The notes beneath the pieces were generated by a model, which had not been told where the DNA came from, ran no database searches, and saw only the letters and a program-made list of their open reading frames with translations. Both the position numbers and the translations under genes were made by a program. A stretch of 57,790 nucleotides of DNA, filler included, from Gonapodya sp. JEL0774 (Eukaryota): NCBI GenBank assembly GCA_027604505.1. It is 3 parts of 3 records of this genome, joined end to end, with 100 filler letters (N's around TTAATTAATTAA, not from the genome) between each part and the next. Parts side by side here need not be neighbours in the genome. Positions count along the whole stretch, not along the records: positions 1 to 19,347 come from JADIIX010000254.1; positions 19,448 to 38,659 come from JADIIX010000255.1; 1 more part is not named here. One strand, given 5' to 3'. This document shows positions 11,065 through 23,323 of this stretch, piece by piece (within the stretch, counting starts at the first letter, position 1; the number at the start of each line of letters is the position of its first letter).

Positions 11065-12560
11065 TAAGGGCAAATTGCAAATTGGCTCAAAATATAAATG
11101 GCATTACGTAACTTAGTCAAAAAAACATTTATTACTAACCTACGCACAAGTTCGCAAGTTTCGACCGCTGAGAAGTGCTGCACCATTGGTGAATCAATCA
11201 AAAAGCGGCAACCAGATCACAGATCACAAGAAGATCACGAAAAAGAATCTGGAAAGTATGTGAGATTTGCGTTTGCTCAACTTGGCTTTGGTTGTTAATG
11301 TCACATGACTTTCAGTATTGTCAGAATCAAACCTGTGATCCATACATATCACAATCAGAGAGTCAGAATTTTTGATGCAAAAGTGCAGGAATTTTACTCT
11401 TAGATCATTCTGTTTGATGAGGGTTGATTAGGTTTGCTTTGGTTCTGTTGGGAGCACTTGACTTCAATCTGATGTTGTGCAAGTATGAAGGATGAAGTAT
11501 GTCAGGAATACAAAATTTCAGATACTTTTGGAAAAGCACAGATGTGATCCGTGATCTGCAGTTTGGACAGCACGTGAGTTTTTGAGTTTGAATGGACACT
11601 TGAGAAGTGTAGCAAGTACCGCTTTAGTGTCTTGGCAAAGAATGCATTCAAAAGTAAATTGATGTTAATCTACCCGAAATTGCAGCAATCATGGGCTCTG
11701 CAAAAGTCTTGGCAGAGCTGCAAGTGGTATGGTTTGATCTTCTGGGATGTACCCAGGTTCACCTGACTCTGCCTCACACCTTGTTATAGACCCCATCGCA
11801 CATCTCTTCTCTCAACCACCTCAAGGACACAATGGCACAGGTAGGTGCTTGTTGTCTGTCCTGTGTTCTTTTTTAGGAATAATGTGGATTCCAGGTTCCA
11901 CCATCTCATCCATTCACACCAAAAAAGCCTTCACCTTTGAGTCAGTCCTCTTATGTACCTGATTTGAGTGACTTCGCTTCTGACAACTTCTCCAACACCA
12001 AACAAGCTCTTCTCTAACTGTGCTCAGATGAATATGAGGATGCAGATGACGAAAATATTTCTTCTTTGATGAACAAAGCGACTCCAAAGGGACCAATGGT
12101 CAACCAACCATCACGGGATTCTTCCCCTAACACGTGGACGTCAGAAAGACTCACACCCAAAGTGTGCCCTAGGTAACTTGCAGAAACTCCTTCCCGATGG
12201 AAACACGTTTCCGTGGCTCAAAAAATAAACAGGCATTACGTTACTTAGTCAAAACAATGTATAATTTATTTATTACAACTTGATATGCTGTCCACACAGA
12301 CAAACCACTAAGTTTGCGTTTCAAAACTGCAGCCCCTGCTACGCTCAACTGTCTGGACCACGGAGTTGTGCTGCACCAGGATTGTGACTTCAGTTGATGC
12401 TGCAGAGATGGTAGATTGAAAAGGAAGAATGAATCAGGATGCAACAAATCAAATCACAGATCACAGGACAATCACAAGAGATGTCAAATTTGGGTCGGAA
12501 TCAAAACACGACGATCAATACAAATCAAAATCACAAAGTTCCCAAACTTCAGATATAAAA
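11065..12560. repeat. Diverged direct-repeat pair with GATCAC(A) sub-repeats; likely non-autonomous element remnants
   Basis: tggctcaaaa..ataaa..ggcattacgt(a/t)acttagtcaaaa at about 11083 and 12215, each followed by gtgctgcacca and atcacagatcaca; an inverted copy (tgtgatccgtgatctg) lies near 11543. Confidence 0.65.
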
Positions 12561-12845
12561 GGGACGATTTAAGAGTATCCCAAACTCAACCGAATGGATG
12601 ATACGACGATTGAAGAGGAACCTGGCCTGGACAACTATCAAATAATTGACAGTTATGTCACGGATATGGAGAGAGAGAGTTCCTTGTAAATGGGTCTTTC
12701 TACATAAGACGAGGTGTGTGTCCAAGGCTGAAGATCGTGGGAACAGTGTGATGTTGAAGAAGCGTTACCCCATAACAATCCTTGCAATGACAATACACTC
12801 CCAAGGACATCCCTCTCGTGGCTATGTGTGAAAGACACTACGGGA

Positions 12846-13433
12846 ATGCTCACCTGGGAAAGACTCCTCTGTCCACTTTGTCATGACTCCATCGTCGAGG
12901 TTTACACCTGCACCGAGAGCCACGCAGTATGCCAAAAATGCGCAAAAGACTAGAATTCATGTAATATTTCATGCTACCTTGGATGGAACCGATGCGAGGA
13001 CTTACTGTTGTCATCACCATTTTGGTGTCAAACAAGAACTGAACGGAACCTACCTAATAGTATCAAAGTGGAATGCAAACTGTGCTCTGACTGTTTTCCA
13101 CTTGAGCACGCAAAACCTCATCGAGTGAGCGAATGTCGCAAAATGCAATGCAATCTACCAGGATGTGATGTGGTGATTGACAAGGAGAAATTAAAGCATC
13201 ATCGATACTGTGAATGCAAGTCAAAAGAGATGGATAGAGCGTGTGAATACCGTTCTTTGATGATTGAATGCGGAGGGAAAGGAGAGCGCATCGCCATGTG
13301 TGAGATTGTTGGAACAAGCTCATATGAAGCCGGCGAACACGAAAAGACTTGCGCTTATGGAATTTCGGTTGATACTTTTAGATATATAGTGCGAAAAATT
13401 AATGATAGATTTGTAGCAAAAAGAAGACCATGA
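12846..13433 (+). pseudogene. RING (SINA/TRAF-like) plus TRAF-type zinc-finger protein with a premature stop
   Basis: MLTWERLLCPLCHDSIVEVYTCTESHAVCQKC, then in-frame TAG 12951-12953, then ECKLC...H...EC...CNLPGC...LKHH...C. Intronless. Confidence 0.7.
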
Positions 13434-13765
13434 GGTGTATTAAAGAATAGGCACAGTAAATAAAACGTTATCTCAAGGGAAAAAGTCCCCTATCCAGAAG
13501 TTGCGTTCGGAACATGAATTGCGACACAATTTAGGGGTAAATTTTGGACTTGCGTTGACCAAAATTGACCAATTGGATTCAAAGTTTACTGCTTCTTCAT
13601 GCAATCAATAGTCAGTTTGTCGCTATATTTACACGTGACACAATTCGTGTACTTGTCGGTGTAAGTCCGAAATTTCTCCCAAAGCGCAATTCAATTCATG
13701 TTTTGAGCTGCATCTTCAGAGTTTTGGCACTTTCTATGGAGGTGCGTAAAGTTTGAACAACAACT

Positions 13766-14422
13766 TCAAGGTGCGCAAAATCCCTTTGTTGGTTCATACA
13801 ATAGGCTACCATCTCTTCCAGTCATTTGTGCTTCCAGAATAACATGATCGTGTTTCAAATCTTCAACATCAACGTTGAGTAAGGCATTTTCATGATGTGC
13901 ATCATCAAGATTGTTCGAAAATCTTTTAACAATTGGAATCGCTTTGTTGAGAAGTTTCAAAGTCTCCTGCATTTGATGAATTGCATTGTCTCGGTTTTGC
14001 GATGTTTCATTGCATCCTTTAACACGTCTGCCCAGTTCTTGACAAAAGGCTGTGTTTACCCATCAAATCTTTGTAATTTCTTCCCACAGTCTTTTTGCTT
14101 TGCGCTCCCACTTCATACCTTCTGCTGTGGCAGGGATAACGCTTCCTTCCTCGCTTGAGACATCTTCTCTACTGTGACAGTTGTCTTCTGGGGTTGCGGG
14201 AATAAAGAACAATTCTGGGCCTGCTTTTTTTGCGTGAGTGGTATCTCCAGTCACATCCTTTGTAGGTGGTTGGGTGTCAGTGCACATCAAAGCAGAGCAC
14301 ACAATGTATGTAGTTACCGCTTGCCGCTCAATATCGCATATGAGGTCAAGGAATAATTGTCTTTGTTCTGCATCTTCAGTGGCGCCCTTCTTAGCCCAAT
14401 TGTCGTAATCTTCAAATTTCAT
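13766..14422 (-). pseudogene. Decayed coiled-coil-like ORF, possibly the C-terminal extension of the HUH ORF
   Basis: ORFs 14063-14422 and 13766-13972 are in the same frame, separated by a stop codon. Confidence 0.3.
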
Positions 14423-14526
14423 GCAGTCTGATGCAATGACACTTCCACATCAACAATGCACAATGTACGCCACAATTCCTGAACATCAATGTGTATCACT
14501 GCATGCACCGAGGATTTTCTGATAGG

Positions 14527-14919
14527 TCACCTGTCCACCAACTTCTTCATAGGGTACTGAATCAGCACTTGAACAAAAAAAATGAAACAAAGGGTGAGAG
14601 GAATGCTTTCCGAAGAGCTTTGAGCAGCAATCCAACCCAAGCATGAACACTTGAAGCAACCAGCATGAGACAGAGCCGGCCTTGCTGAGTCAGTCAACCC
14701 CAAAGGCATCTGGATGTGAGACTGCTCGTGGACCCCCCTTTCTATCGTGACCAATAAAGGTCCATGCACAACCCTGCGAGCCCATTGGCGTGGTACATTG
14801 GGCCAAAAATTGGATGAGAAAGAAAGCATCCCTTCTGGAAGATGCTGTCTGATTTCTGATTTCCATACAGGTGGACTCGCAAATCGAAGAACGTAAATAG
14901 CGATATCAAAAGTAGGCAA
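14527..14919 (-). pseudogene. Degenerate HUH (Rep-like, Replitron-like) endonuclease ORF
   Basis: Motifs in HUH order: FDIAI (I), VTIERGVHEQSHIQ (II-like) and LIQYPMK (YxxK, III). No database confirmation. Confidence 0.4.
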
Positions 14920-16422
14920 CTGGCCGTTTGTGCATTCCTCCGTGAAGTTCGTATCTCCTTCAAGTTTGTCGAGAAGTCAATGTATACCAACATTGTTGCC
15001 AGCAGGTGTACTTGCCATTATCTACCTATCTCTAAGAAAGTCAAACAAAAAAAATGTGGTGATAATCCTGTATCTGAAGCACAGGTCACTCCCTCGCAAG
15101 ATGTTTCAATGAGCCCTGTTAATGTGTAGACAACGGGTGAGGACGAGGAGATACAGAGTGTATGCTGATTTCTGTGTGGTGTTCTCTAAATCTGGTGGTA
15201 AAGTTCTATTGGAGTGTGTCAGAGGGAAACCAATTTCTGTTTCCAGTGCGCCGGCGGAAACAAATTTCTTTTTCCAATGTGCCAGCGGGAAAAATTCTGT
15301 TTCCAGGTGGTCAGTCCCGTCTTCACTTCCTCTTCAAAACAACCTTAATCTACGATATTGAACTCACACCGGAGAGAACCAACCGGACAAACTACTCTCT
15401 CACTCTGGCTCTTTGTGGATGTAGAATTGAGACTGTTCCTTCTGGTTCTAGCACTCTCTGTCCATGGTATTGGGACATGTAATTTGAAGGCACAATGACA
15501 AAGACGTTAAACCAGTCATTCTCTCAGTGGAATCCGAAGCATCCTTGATCGAAGAGTTGTTCAGTGTCTTGCGCATGAGAACACCATTCTGTGTGCTGTA
15601 TGAACATCATGAAATTTGATAGCTGTGATCCCTCCGAAACAAGTCCAGTAACTCGGAAAGGAGCTTGTACATCCCCACAACTATATCCCCAAAAACCATA
15701 TTTTCATCATTCGCAATGTCCCAACAGTACATCATCTCTGAAAATGATACAAGACCAACCCATGGAAGGTTGCGCTTCAACCCATTTGCAAACTGGTTAA
15801 ACGTTTGACCACAAAAGGTGACAGCCTCTGCTCTAGTTTGGAAGCTGGCATACTTGCGTGTGTTGTGGAGTGTAAATGGATAACTGGAAAAGTACATTCT
15901 CTACAAGTTTGTCCTTTACAGTTTTGTTCTAGCGTTATTGGTTAGTGAGCTACACTAGGGAACGTGGGTAACTTAGTGCACACACTTGGGACAGTGCTGT
16001 GGCCACAGATGTAGTAGATACGACTTTTTGGGAAAAACGTGTTCGAATAAGTAAATCATACCACTCAACACCGAATGTCATGCCCCATCAGCGATGCAGT
16101 GTTCCATAAGATGAAGAAGTGCCATTCTGGAGTGAAGTCTCTCTGAAAGTCCTTTGTCGTGCTGAGTTTCTGCCCAATCAGAGTGCGCCTTGAAGTGAAA
16201 TCCAGTATCTTCGGCGAACAATCATTGTGTACCTCCTTCTGCGCCTCCAAAGCTCTCATTCTGGTTTCAAGAGCATCAACCCTCTTATCCACAGTTGACA
16301 GTGATGCATGAAGGAAAAGAGTGACACTTACTACAAATGGGAGAGGTACATACACTTATCTCTTCCTGCAGGCTTCATCCACACATGAAAATATAAATAT
16401 TGTAACAACAACCCTTTCAAAA

Positions 16423-17374
16423 ATGGTTTCAACAGTTTTATTACCCTTAGTTTCTCGTTCTATATCTGTTCTAATTGTACTTGTAGTAACCATCTTGGTG
16501 GGACTTTACCTCTTAAAACAATCACAATCGACTAAGAGTTCTTCATCTCCATCACCTTATCAATCACTTTGTAAAGGTTACACTACTGCAACAAATTCTT
16601 CTGGTTGTGAAACTGGCTATGAGATGTATGGGTTAACTACTTTATGTGAATGCATTTTTATTTTGAATGTTGCATGGGATTCATCAACTCAATGGTTAGA
16701 CACCTTCCTTTGTTCAGCACCAGGTGGTCCTGGAAAAGGGTTGATCGATTGGTCAACCGATGTTTCAAACGAAGTGAAAAAAACGACCATCCATCATTCG
16801 CTTCTTACATGCATAAAATTCAGCGTTTTAACATCTCTTACAGTACAACTGGTGTAGACGGAACTTGCTCAGGTGGTGGTGCAACCACCATGGATGTGAT
16901 CTGTGGCTTGGGCACAGGTACAAAAACAAAATCATGATCATCTCTTACTTCTGCAGATATGGTTGATAGAGTTTGTTGGTGCAAGCTGAAGTTGGTCATG
17001 AACTGGGTCATGCGTGGGGAGCTTGGGATTGGGATGGTTGGATCGCTGAAGGGTTTGCTGTTTGGGTTACTTTGAAAATGGGTCTCTGTGCAAACTGGTC
17101 GATTCCTAATCCAAGTCACAATGGTTGTACAAATTACACATGGGGTTACAATGTGGCTGCCTTCTATTTTAGGTGGATTGAACTGACAATGGTTGATGAC
17201 TTTGTCTTTCAATTGAACAAACTCTCAATTTCTCAAGGTTGTAATGCCAATCATTTCGTCACTATCACTGGCTTTACAAATGATGCACTATGGAACAAAT
17301 ATGTCGATGCTCAAGGTTGGCTCTATGTCGCAACAATTCATCCTGGAAATTTCAATGCTAATGACTTTGACTAG
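16423..17374 (+). pseudogene. Membrane-anchored BSP (basic secretory protein)-type zincin peptidase, frameshifted
   Basis: N-terminal hydrophobic anchor; HELGHAW...WIAEGFAVWV...GYNVAAFYFRWIE...QLN...TG...LWNKY matches the BSP/peptidase MA pattern. Split over three frames, AT-rich, no introns seen. Confidence 0.7.
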
Positions 17375-18458
17375 ACTGACCTCTGTCTCAAGTTCAGACA
17401 TTTGTTGTGGACCAGTGGAAGACCCGTGAAGAATTCAGACCCCACGAAAGACCTTCGTAATAATTACAGCATAAGTCATAATTCAATTAATAATATTAGA
17501 ACCGGACTCAATCTTGAGGTTGAAAAGACAAGCCCCTTACGCAACAGACAAAGGTTTTTGCACTGCAACATGCCAAGTGGCCATGACTTGTGAGTCAACA
17601 GAACATGCAAGATCAAAATTTGGAGAGATTTGAAAAGATATGGATCATGATGATCGTGTGATTTGATCGAGAGGGATCGATTTTTGAATTTTTCAAGAAA
17701 TGGGAGTGCAATGATACAGCTCAATGAAAAACTTCAAACCTCACTTCATTGTTTGATTGATGGAGTACAAAAAGGATCTTCTGCACACTGAAACTACTCT
17801 AGTTGAAGTAAGATCTCTAAGATTTCCAACGAGCTAAAGTTTCACAAAATCCAAGAGAAGTGGAATGTGGCTATGGGGAGATCCAGACTGAAACTTTGGA
17901 GTTGAATTTCTCAACCAAATCCCAACCAATTTGGATGAAACTTGTATCGATGGAAAGCTCTTTTTATGAATAATGCGTCGCTGTAACGATCGTTTGCGAC
18001 AACGCCACGATTTGCAATCGATTTTCGTCCAACGTCAAAAATCTTTGAATGGCAATATCTCCACGAAAAATCGTCCGTTTTAGATGAATCAAGATTCGGA
18101 AGAAAGCTCTCGTAATGGAGAATCCGAAAATGTAATTGATGGAAGGAATCGAGTTCGGGTTCTGCTCCCGATCGTCGTCGAAATTGTTCGAAAAGTCCAG
18201 AATCACACAAGAATGGCTGAAAATAAGCTTTCTGATGACAGAAATCAAATCAGAAACACTGAAAATGTATGGAGAGATGAAACTGAAGCCAACCCGGGCT
18301 CATAACCTGTTGAGATGGATGTTGGGTTGCTTATCTATATTTTCTCTCTGCACACAACTGAGTTTACAAATTATGCCCTTCACCACACCCAGATTGACAT
18401 ACAAGCCTTTTCCCACACTCTTTACATTCCTGAGAACAACCAAACTTGACATGTACCC

Positions 18459-19036
18459 CTACACGTGGACATGGTAAACTCTCAAGTTCCGTACCACTTC
18501 CATTCCATGCGAGTTTTTGCTTGCTGCCTCCAGTTCTCGCTTTACTGTCATTAACTCAAGCAAAGCCGAGATGTCGGAATGAGTAGCAATCATCACGCAT
18601 TCACCTCTCACTCCTGGTCTCCGAGCGGCAGGCCTGCTCTGCTGGACAACAGCAGCCAACGACAAGAGGTTGGACGAGGAACACGAAGGATACCCCAGGT
18701 GTGTCAATACCCATTCCAAGCGCCTCCTTTGCTATCATAATTCCATTGACGCTGCCTTGCCACCTAGACAGAATACGTTCTCTCTCCTTCTTGTCATGAA
18801 TCTCCCTGGTAATGACAAAACAAGTCTTTGGAATAAGAGACATTGTGCTCACTGAGAAGGATGTAAGTGTTGTGAACGGTTTCCTTTCCAAAAGCGTAGA
18901 ATATCCCTTTTCCCTTCCACCAGTTCTGCCCCTCGCAAACCTGAACGTGTTTGTTCTCGTTGTTTGTCTCTGGATCTGGCTCTGCCTCGAACTTCTTCTG
19001 TTTTCCCGACAGTGGTCGTGTCATCCCCAAGAGCAC
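18459..19036 (-). pseudogene. RecQ-like helicase C-terminal domain relic
   Basis: KGIFY.../ERERILSRW...IMIAKEALGMGIDTPGVSFV/...VVQQSRPAARR...C (degenerate motifs IV-VI) spread over several frames. Confidence 0.7.
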
Positions 19037-19216
19037 AAGAATACCTAATCTCAGGCTTGGTTCCGACTCACCAGGACCAACAGCGACTTGAAACTTTCAG
19101 AACTGTAATGTACTGACAATGTAGGAGGTGATTTACTGAATTAGAGACTTCTACGACCATTTCTGAGTTTTGCATCTTTCTGACTTTTGAAGATGCAAAA
19201 CTGTTAAACCCGTGAT

Positions 19217-19347
19217 GTGATCTTAAAGAATGTTCAGCATGTCCCAGGTCTCAATGCAAACATTTTATCTTTGAGTCGGTTTTCAGCAAAGGGTGTAGAA
19301 TTCAGCACCAACAAAGGCACATTATCTCTAGCAAAATCATCAGGTGA
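19217..19347 (+). mobile_element. Ty1/copia pol fragment, truncated by gap
   Basis: ILKNVQHVPGLNANILSLSRF matches the copia L-x-N-V-x-H-V-P-x-L-x-x-N-L-L-S motif between protease and integrase. Confidence 0.75.
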
Positions 19348-19447
19348 NNNNNNNNNNNNNNNNNNNNNNNNNNNNNNNNNNNNNNNNNNNNTTAATTAAT
19401 TAANNNNNNNNNNNNNNNNNNNNNNNNNNNNNNNNNNNNNNNNNNNN
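19348..19447. other. Assembly gap with artificial TTAATTAATTAA spacer
   Basis: N run with TTAATTAATTAA at 19392-19403; the same construct occurs at 38660-38759. Confidence 0.9.
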
Positions 19448-20140
19448 AGAAACCATCCGTGGTGTATTTTACAATGGTAACAGGTCGGTAACGCGACATG
19501 GGAACAACTAGATTTTTTCCAGTGGTGCCGGAAAGTAAGTGATCAGGTACACACGCTGGAGGGTCTTTGAGCTCATACTTTTCAAATCCAGTGGCTTCCG
19601 CCCAACGAGGACATTACATCGGGAAGTTCTTTCTCACGTGTGGCACGGAATAATGCTTGTTTTACCTGGACGGGAACGGGTCCGCAAGAGGGTCCTCGTC
19701 AGGATACTCAATGTTCCAAGAACAGCTGAGTTTAAATTCACAAGTTGATCTTCTTCACAGTGATCTTTGAAGAACTTGAGCCCGTTGAAAACCAATGTGC
19801 CTTGTGCATCTTGCTGTGATCTGTGAAACTTACTTGTTTGACATTTATGTCGACAGTTTGAACCGCACCTTCATCGGTCAGCACATGTACAGTTACGGAC
19901 TCGTGTACAAGCTGTAAACCCCCATGGTCCAGTTAGAGCAAGTGTGTCGCAAATAGGGTCAATATTTCTGACACTAGTTGCAACGGATCAGCCCATAGCT
20001 TGTAGCTGGTTACGAGATTGTGTTGTGTGTATACGTGTGAAGAGCATTACAAGAGTATGCGTATGATTGAAGTCTCTCGGTTGTGGCCATATGTCCACCA
20101 GACATGTACCTCCTTATGGTATGATGTTGCACGAAAATTC

Positions 20141-20917
20141 TCACGGCAGGGTGCCCGCTGATCTCATGTCCGCCTCCTTCGCCTGATTTTCCACCTGCAA
20201 CCACAAATCATAACTTCTCATCCACGACGCGTCACCCCTTAATGCAGCTGGAATGTGCGATGCACGCTCAAGCAGGCTAACAATCAGCCACCCCAATGAC
20301 ATTGCATCAGCACCATCCACGAATATTTGGGCCACTACACAGAACGCAACAAGTGTCACCCCGAGAATTTCGAGCATGCTCGCCAGCTTGTCATGCCTTT
20401 CATATGCGCACACTCTCGCGAAATGAGACGCCTGAAACCCCGCAATGGCGATCCATATCCACGATGGTCTTTGGAACACCGCCCCGGTGAACAGTGCCGA
20501 AGCACCAAGTACGAACCAAAAATGCACAAAAAGGCTTGAGAACGCCCAGTACATATGGATGAACTCTCCCGACTTCGCAACGACCCTCCACATGTGGCTT
20601 GAAAACACGTTGTCGTACGGTTCAGAGCCCCAGAGAAAAGTTTGAAAGACGACAGCCACATATGCCCATGGTGAGCATGAAACCACAGACATGCACCATA
20701 CGAATCCGCCGAAGAAATGTGAGGAGCGGATGAGATGTTGTCGGATCGAGAGAGGTACCGTTGATTGGACAAGAGACGTGAGGCCAAATCCCGCGATGAC
20801 ACCGAAAAAGGTAAGCACAAGTGTGGTGGTAATAGTGTTTGCATTCAGTACTGGGGCTGGGGCGCAGGACCAGGGTTGGAGTCCAAACAAGGGCATTTCC
20901 GTTTCAACGTCGAACAC
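20141..20917 (-). CDS. Uncharacterised multi-pass membrane protein
   Basis: 258-aa ORF with several hydrophobic segments; no family recognised. Confidence 0.45.
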   Translation of the reverse strand: MFDVETEMPLFGLQPWSCAPAPVLNANTITTTLVLTFFGVIAGFGLTSLVQSTVPLSIRQHLIRSSHFFGGFVWCMSVVSCSPWAYVAVVFQTFLWGSEPYDNVFSSHMWRVVAKSGEFIHMYWAFSSLFVHFWFVLGASALFTGAVFQRPSWIWIAIAGFQASHFARVCAYERHDKLASMLEILGVTLVAFCVVAQIFVDGADAMSLGWLIVSLLERASHIPAALRGDASWMRSYDLWLQVENQAKEADMRSAGTLP

Positions 20918-21614
20918 TGTATTGAGGGGAACTCATAGGAGAGTAGAACGAGTACAGGAGGGAGGTGATTCGAGGTAAGATACAGCAATGGGCGTGACTC
21001 AACAGATGAGTTCGGAATTGCCTGAGTGCTCAACTCACAAATGGCGCCGCTGCCGGCGTTGACGTCCTATCAAAAACTCTGCGATGTAAGAAATGCCAGT
21101 CTCGGAAACCGGGTTCCGGAAATCGTTGATAAGCTCCGCGGAACAGACCTGCCAGCCAACAGATTTGAAGTGTGGCGGTTGGAGTTCCGCGTCAGGCGGG
21201 GATGCTTCGGGTCGAGTAGAATCCCAAATATAGGATAACCCGCCAATAATATATGCATATCCATCACTCACCCTAAAGTTTCGTTCTCATACTTACGTAA
21301 GTAAATTCGATTGTGGTAATACACTGTCAGTATGTCCATGATTGTTCATTCCACGCTAATCATGGTTGCGGAAAGGTATCGGATGTGGACCAAAGGGTGA
21401 GGGGCGATCACCTGAAAACACGAAGATGAAAACTAGTAACCGAGCAGGCCTTGGGCTCCGGGCTTAGTTCACGATTCGCGTCACTAGTCGTCATATGAGG
21501 TGAAATATAACACTAAGTGTCTGAGATGAGGGCACAACCTTCTTGGCAAATCTGGGAAGCTCGGGATAAACTGTTTCGTTTCTGTCACGAACGTCGCTTT
21601 TCGTCCAAATCCTT

Positions 21615-23323
21615 ATGACTCCAAGTAAAATCATTTTCGCCATCCTGGGGGTCTATCCGGTCTTGTTCCTACTTCGTCGTCTTTCTCGATTGCCATACGC
21701 TTATCGCCACAGGCCAAATCTCAAAGGAAAAGTCGCACTAGTTACGGGAGGAACGCGGGGGATTGGAGAAGTGATTGCAACAGAACTAGCACGAATGGGA
21801 TGTGATGTCGTCGTCGCGAGTGAAGAAGATGTTCGTTTCGTTGTCGAGTTGAAGAATCCATTTCCGGATTGGGACTTGTCTCTTGCTCGTTGAAGGCATT
21901 GCAAGGTCGCACTGCCGCTTTATCCATAAAACAAAAAGCTTTGGGCGGAGATGTTAAGTGGGAACATCTTGATCTGTCAAACTTGGAGAGTGTGACGAAC
22001 CTCGCGAATGAAAGATTCGCGACAGCGTTTGGAGCGCGACTGGACTTTCTGGTGAGAGAGAGAGAGAGAACGATTGAATCCTTTCTTCTTGCCATCAGCA
22101 AGGAAATGAACTAATGAACTACACATGAGGTCGCAGGTAAACAACGCAGGTATCCTCACAGTGAGTGGTACTATCCTGTTACAAGCCTCGGAACAATACC
22201 AATCAGAATATCATCAGAGCCCGCACAGTCGCTCGTTATCCAAGAATGGCTTTGAAAAGCACTGGAGCGTGAACTACCTCGGTCACTACTACCTCACGTG
22301 AGTCTGCATGGTGCTTCGGGGATGTTAATGTGTGCAAATCGGTTCTGGTGAACACATCTATTTCGCCTACGGAAGCCGCCTACTTCTTGATGTTCTAATC
22401 AGAACCTCTGAAAATGGGTCGAGCGTCAGAATTGTCAGCACTTCAAGCGTCAATTCCGAGAGACGTGAGTTGATCATCTTGACGTACTGGAATTACTGTA
22501 ACACGATTGTGCTTTTTAACATTCGGTCTGATCTTTTGTTAGTTCCGATGGACTGGAATGATGTGCAGCAAGAAGCAATAGGAAAGTACTGGTCTCTTGG
22601 CGCCTAGTGAGAGTTCCAGTGTTTCGAGAATGTTTTGAAAGAAATCTAATTGCACCGCTTCAACGCACATGAACATCAGCTCACAATCTAAGCTCGCCAT
22701 CGTGGTTAGTCTTATTCTTTTGCCTACTCGACCTGTTCATGTCCGACATCAAAAACATGAATTCGAACACCTTTGTGGCCATTAAACCATCCACACCAAC
22801 ACAAAGCTCTTCACCGCCCACCTCGCAAAGCTCCTTCACCAAAGAAACCCTAATTTGGACTTAATCGCTGCCACGTTTGATCCAGGTATAACGGACACTC
22901 GGGTATGGCATCCAATGATTCCTGGAGGCGAAACGGTTCGATACGTTCTCGGATTCATAATCACTCCTCGTGAGTACATTTATGCCACACGTTCACCTCA
23001 TTGATAAATCACTTGACCCGATACATTCACCATGGTCAGTTCTCTTTTGGATGCGTACCCCGGCCGAGGCTGCTCAAACCGCACTCCACCTCCTCTGTTC
23101 CCCGTCTTCCACTCTCCACTCTGGTGGGTACTATAAGGATCTCAAGGAGCAGCCACACCAACGGAGAGACGCGGAGGGGATCCATGGACAAGAGAGGGTG
23201 AGCTACCACAACCACTGATGGTGTGCAGGATAATCCTCTAACCACCTGATCCAGTTGTGGAAAGTCAGCGAGGAGATGATTGAAGGTGTCGGTTTCAAGC
23301 TACCCGTCTCTATCTCTCCCTAG
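21615..23323 (+). CDS. Short-chain dehydrogenase/reductase (retinol dehydrogenase/WWOX-like), multi-exon
   Basis: LKGKVALVTGGTRGIG, LDLSNLESV, VNNAGI, NGFEKHWSVNYLGHYYL, RIVSTSS, SKLAI, SGGYY and LWKVSEEM; stop at 23321-23323. Confidence 0.9.

Noticed and set aside
1174..11085. TAA-GGCCCTATTGCA and TAA-GGGCAAATTGCA as Harbinger-like ends
   Set aside because: They are in the same orientation, no inverted partner was found, and TAA 1174-1176 is explained as a stop codon.
13561..13568. AAAATTGA (mimivirus early promoter motif)
   Set aside because: It is one 8-mer in AT-rich DNA with no credible ORF downstream on that strand.
15122..16355. Short ORFs 15607-15897 and 16065-16355 (-)
   Set aside because: They may be decayed genes, but no motif is recognisable.
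19392..19403. Perfect palindrome TTAATTAATTAA (also 38704-38715)
   Set aside because: It sits in the middle of N runs and is an artificial spacer with stops in all frames. Adjacency across these gaps is therefore less certain.
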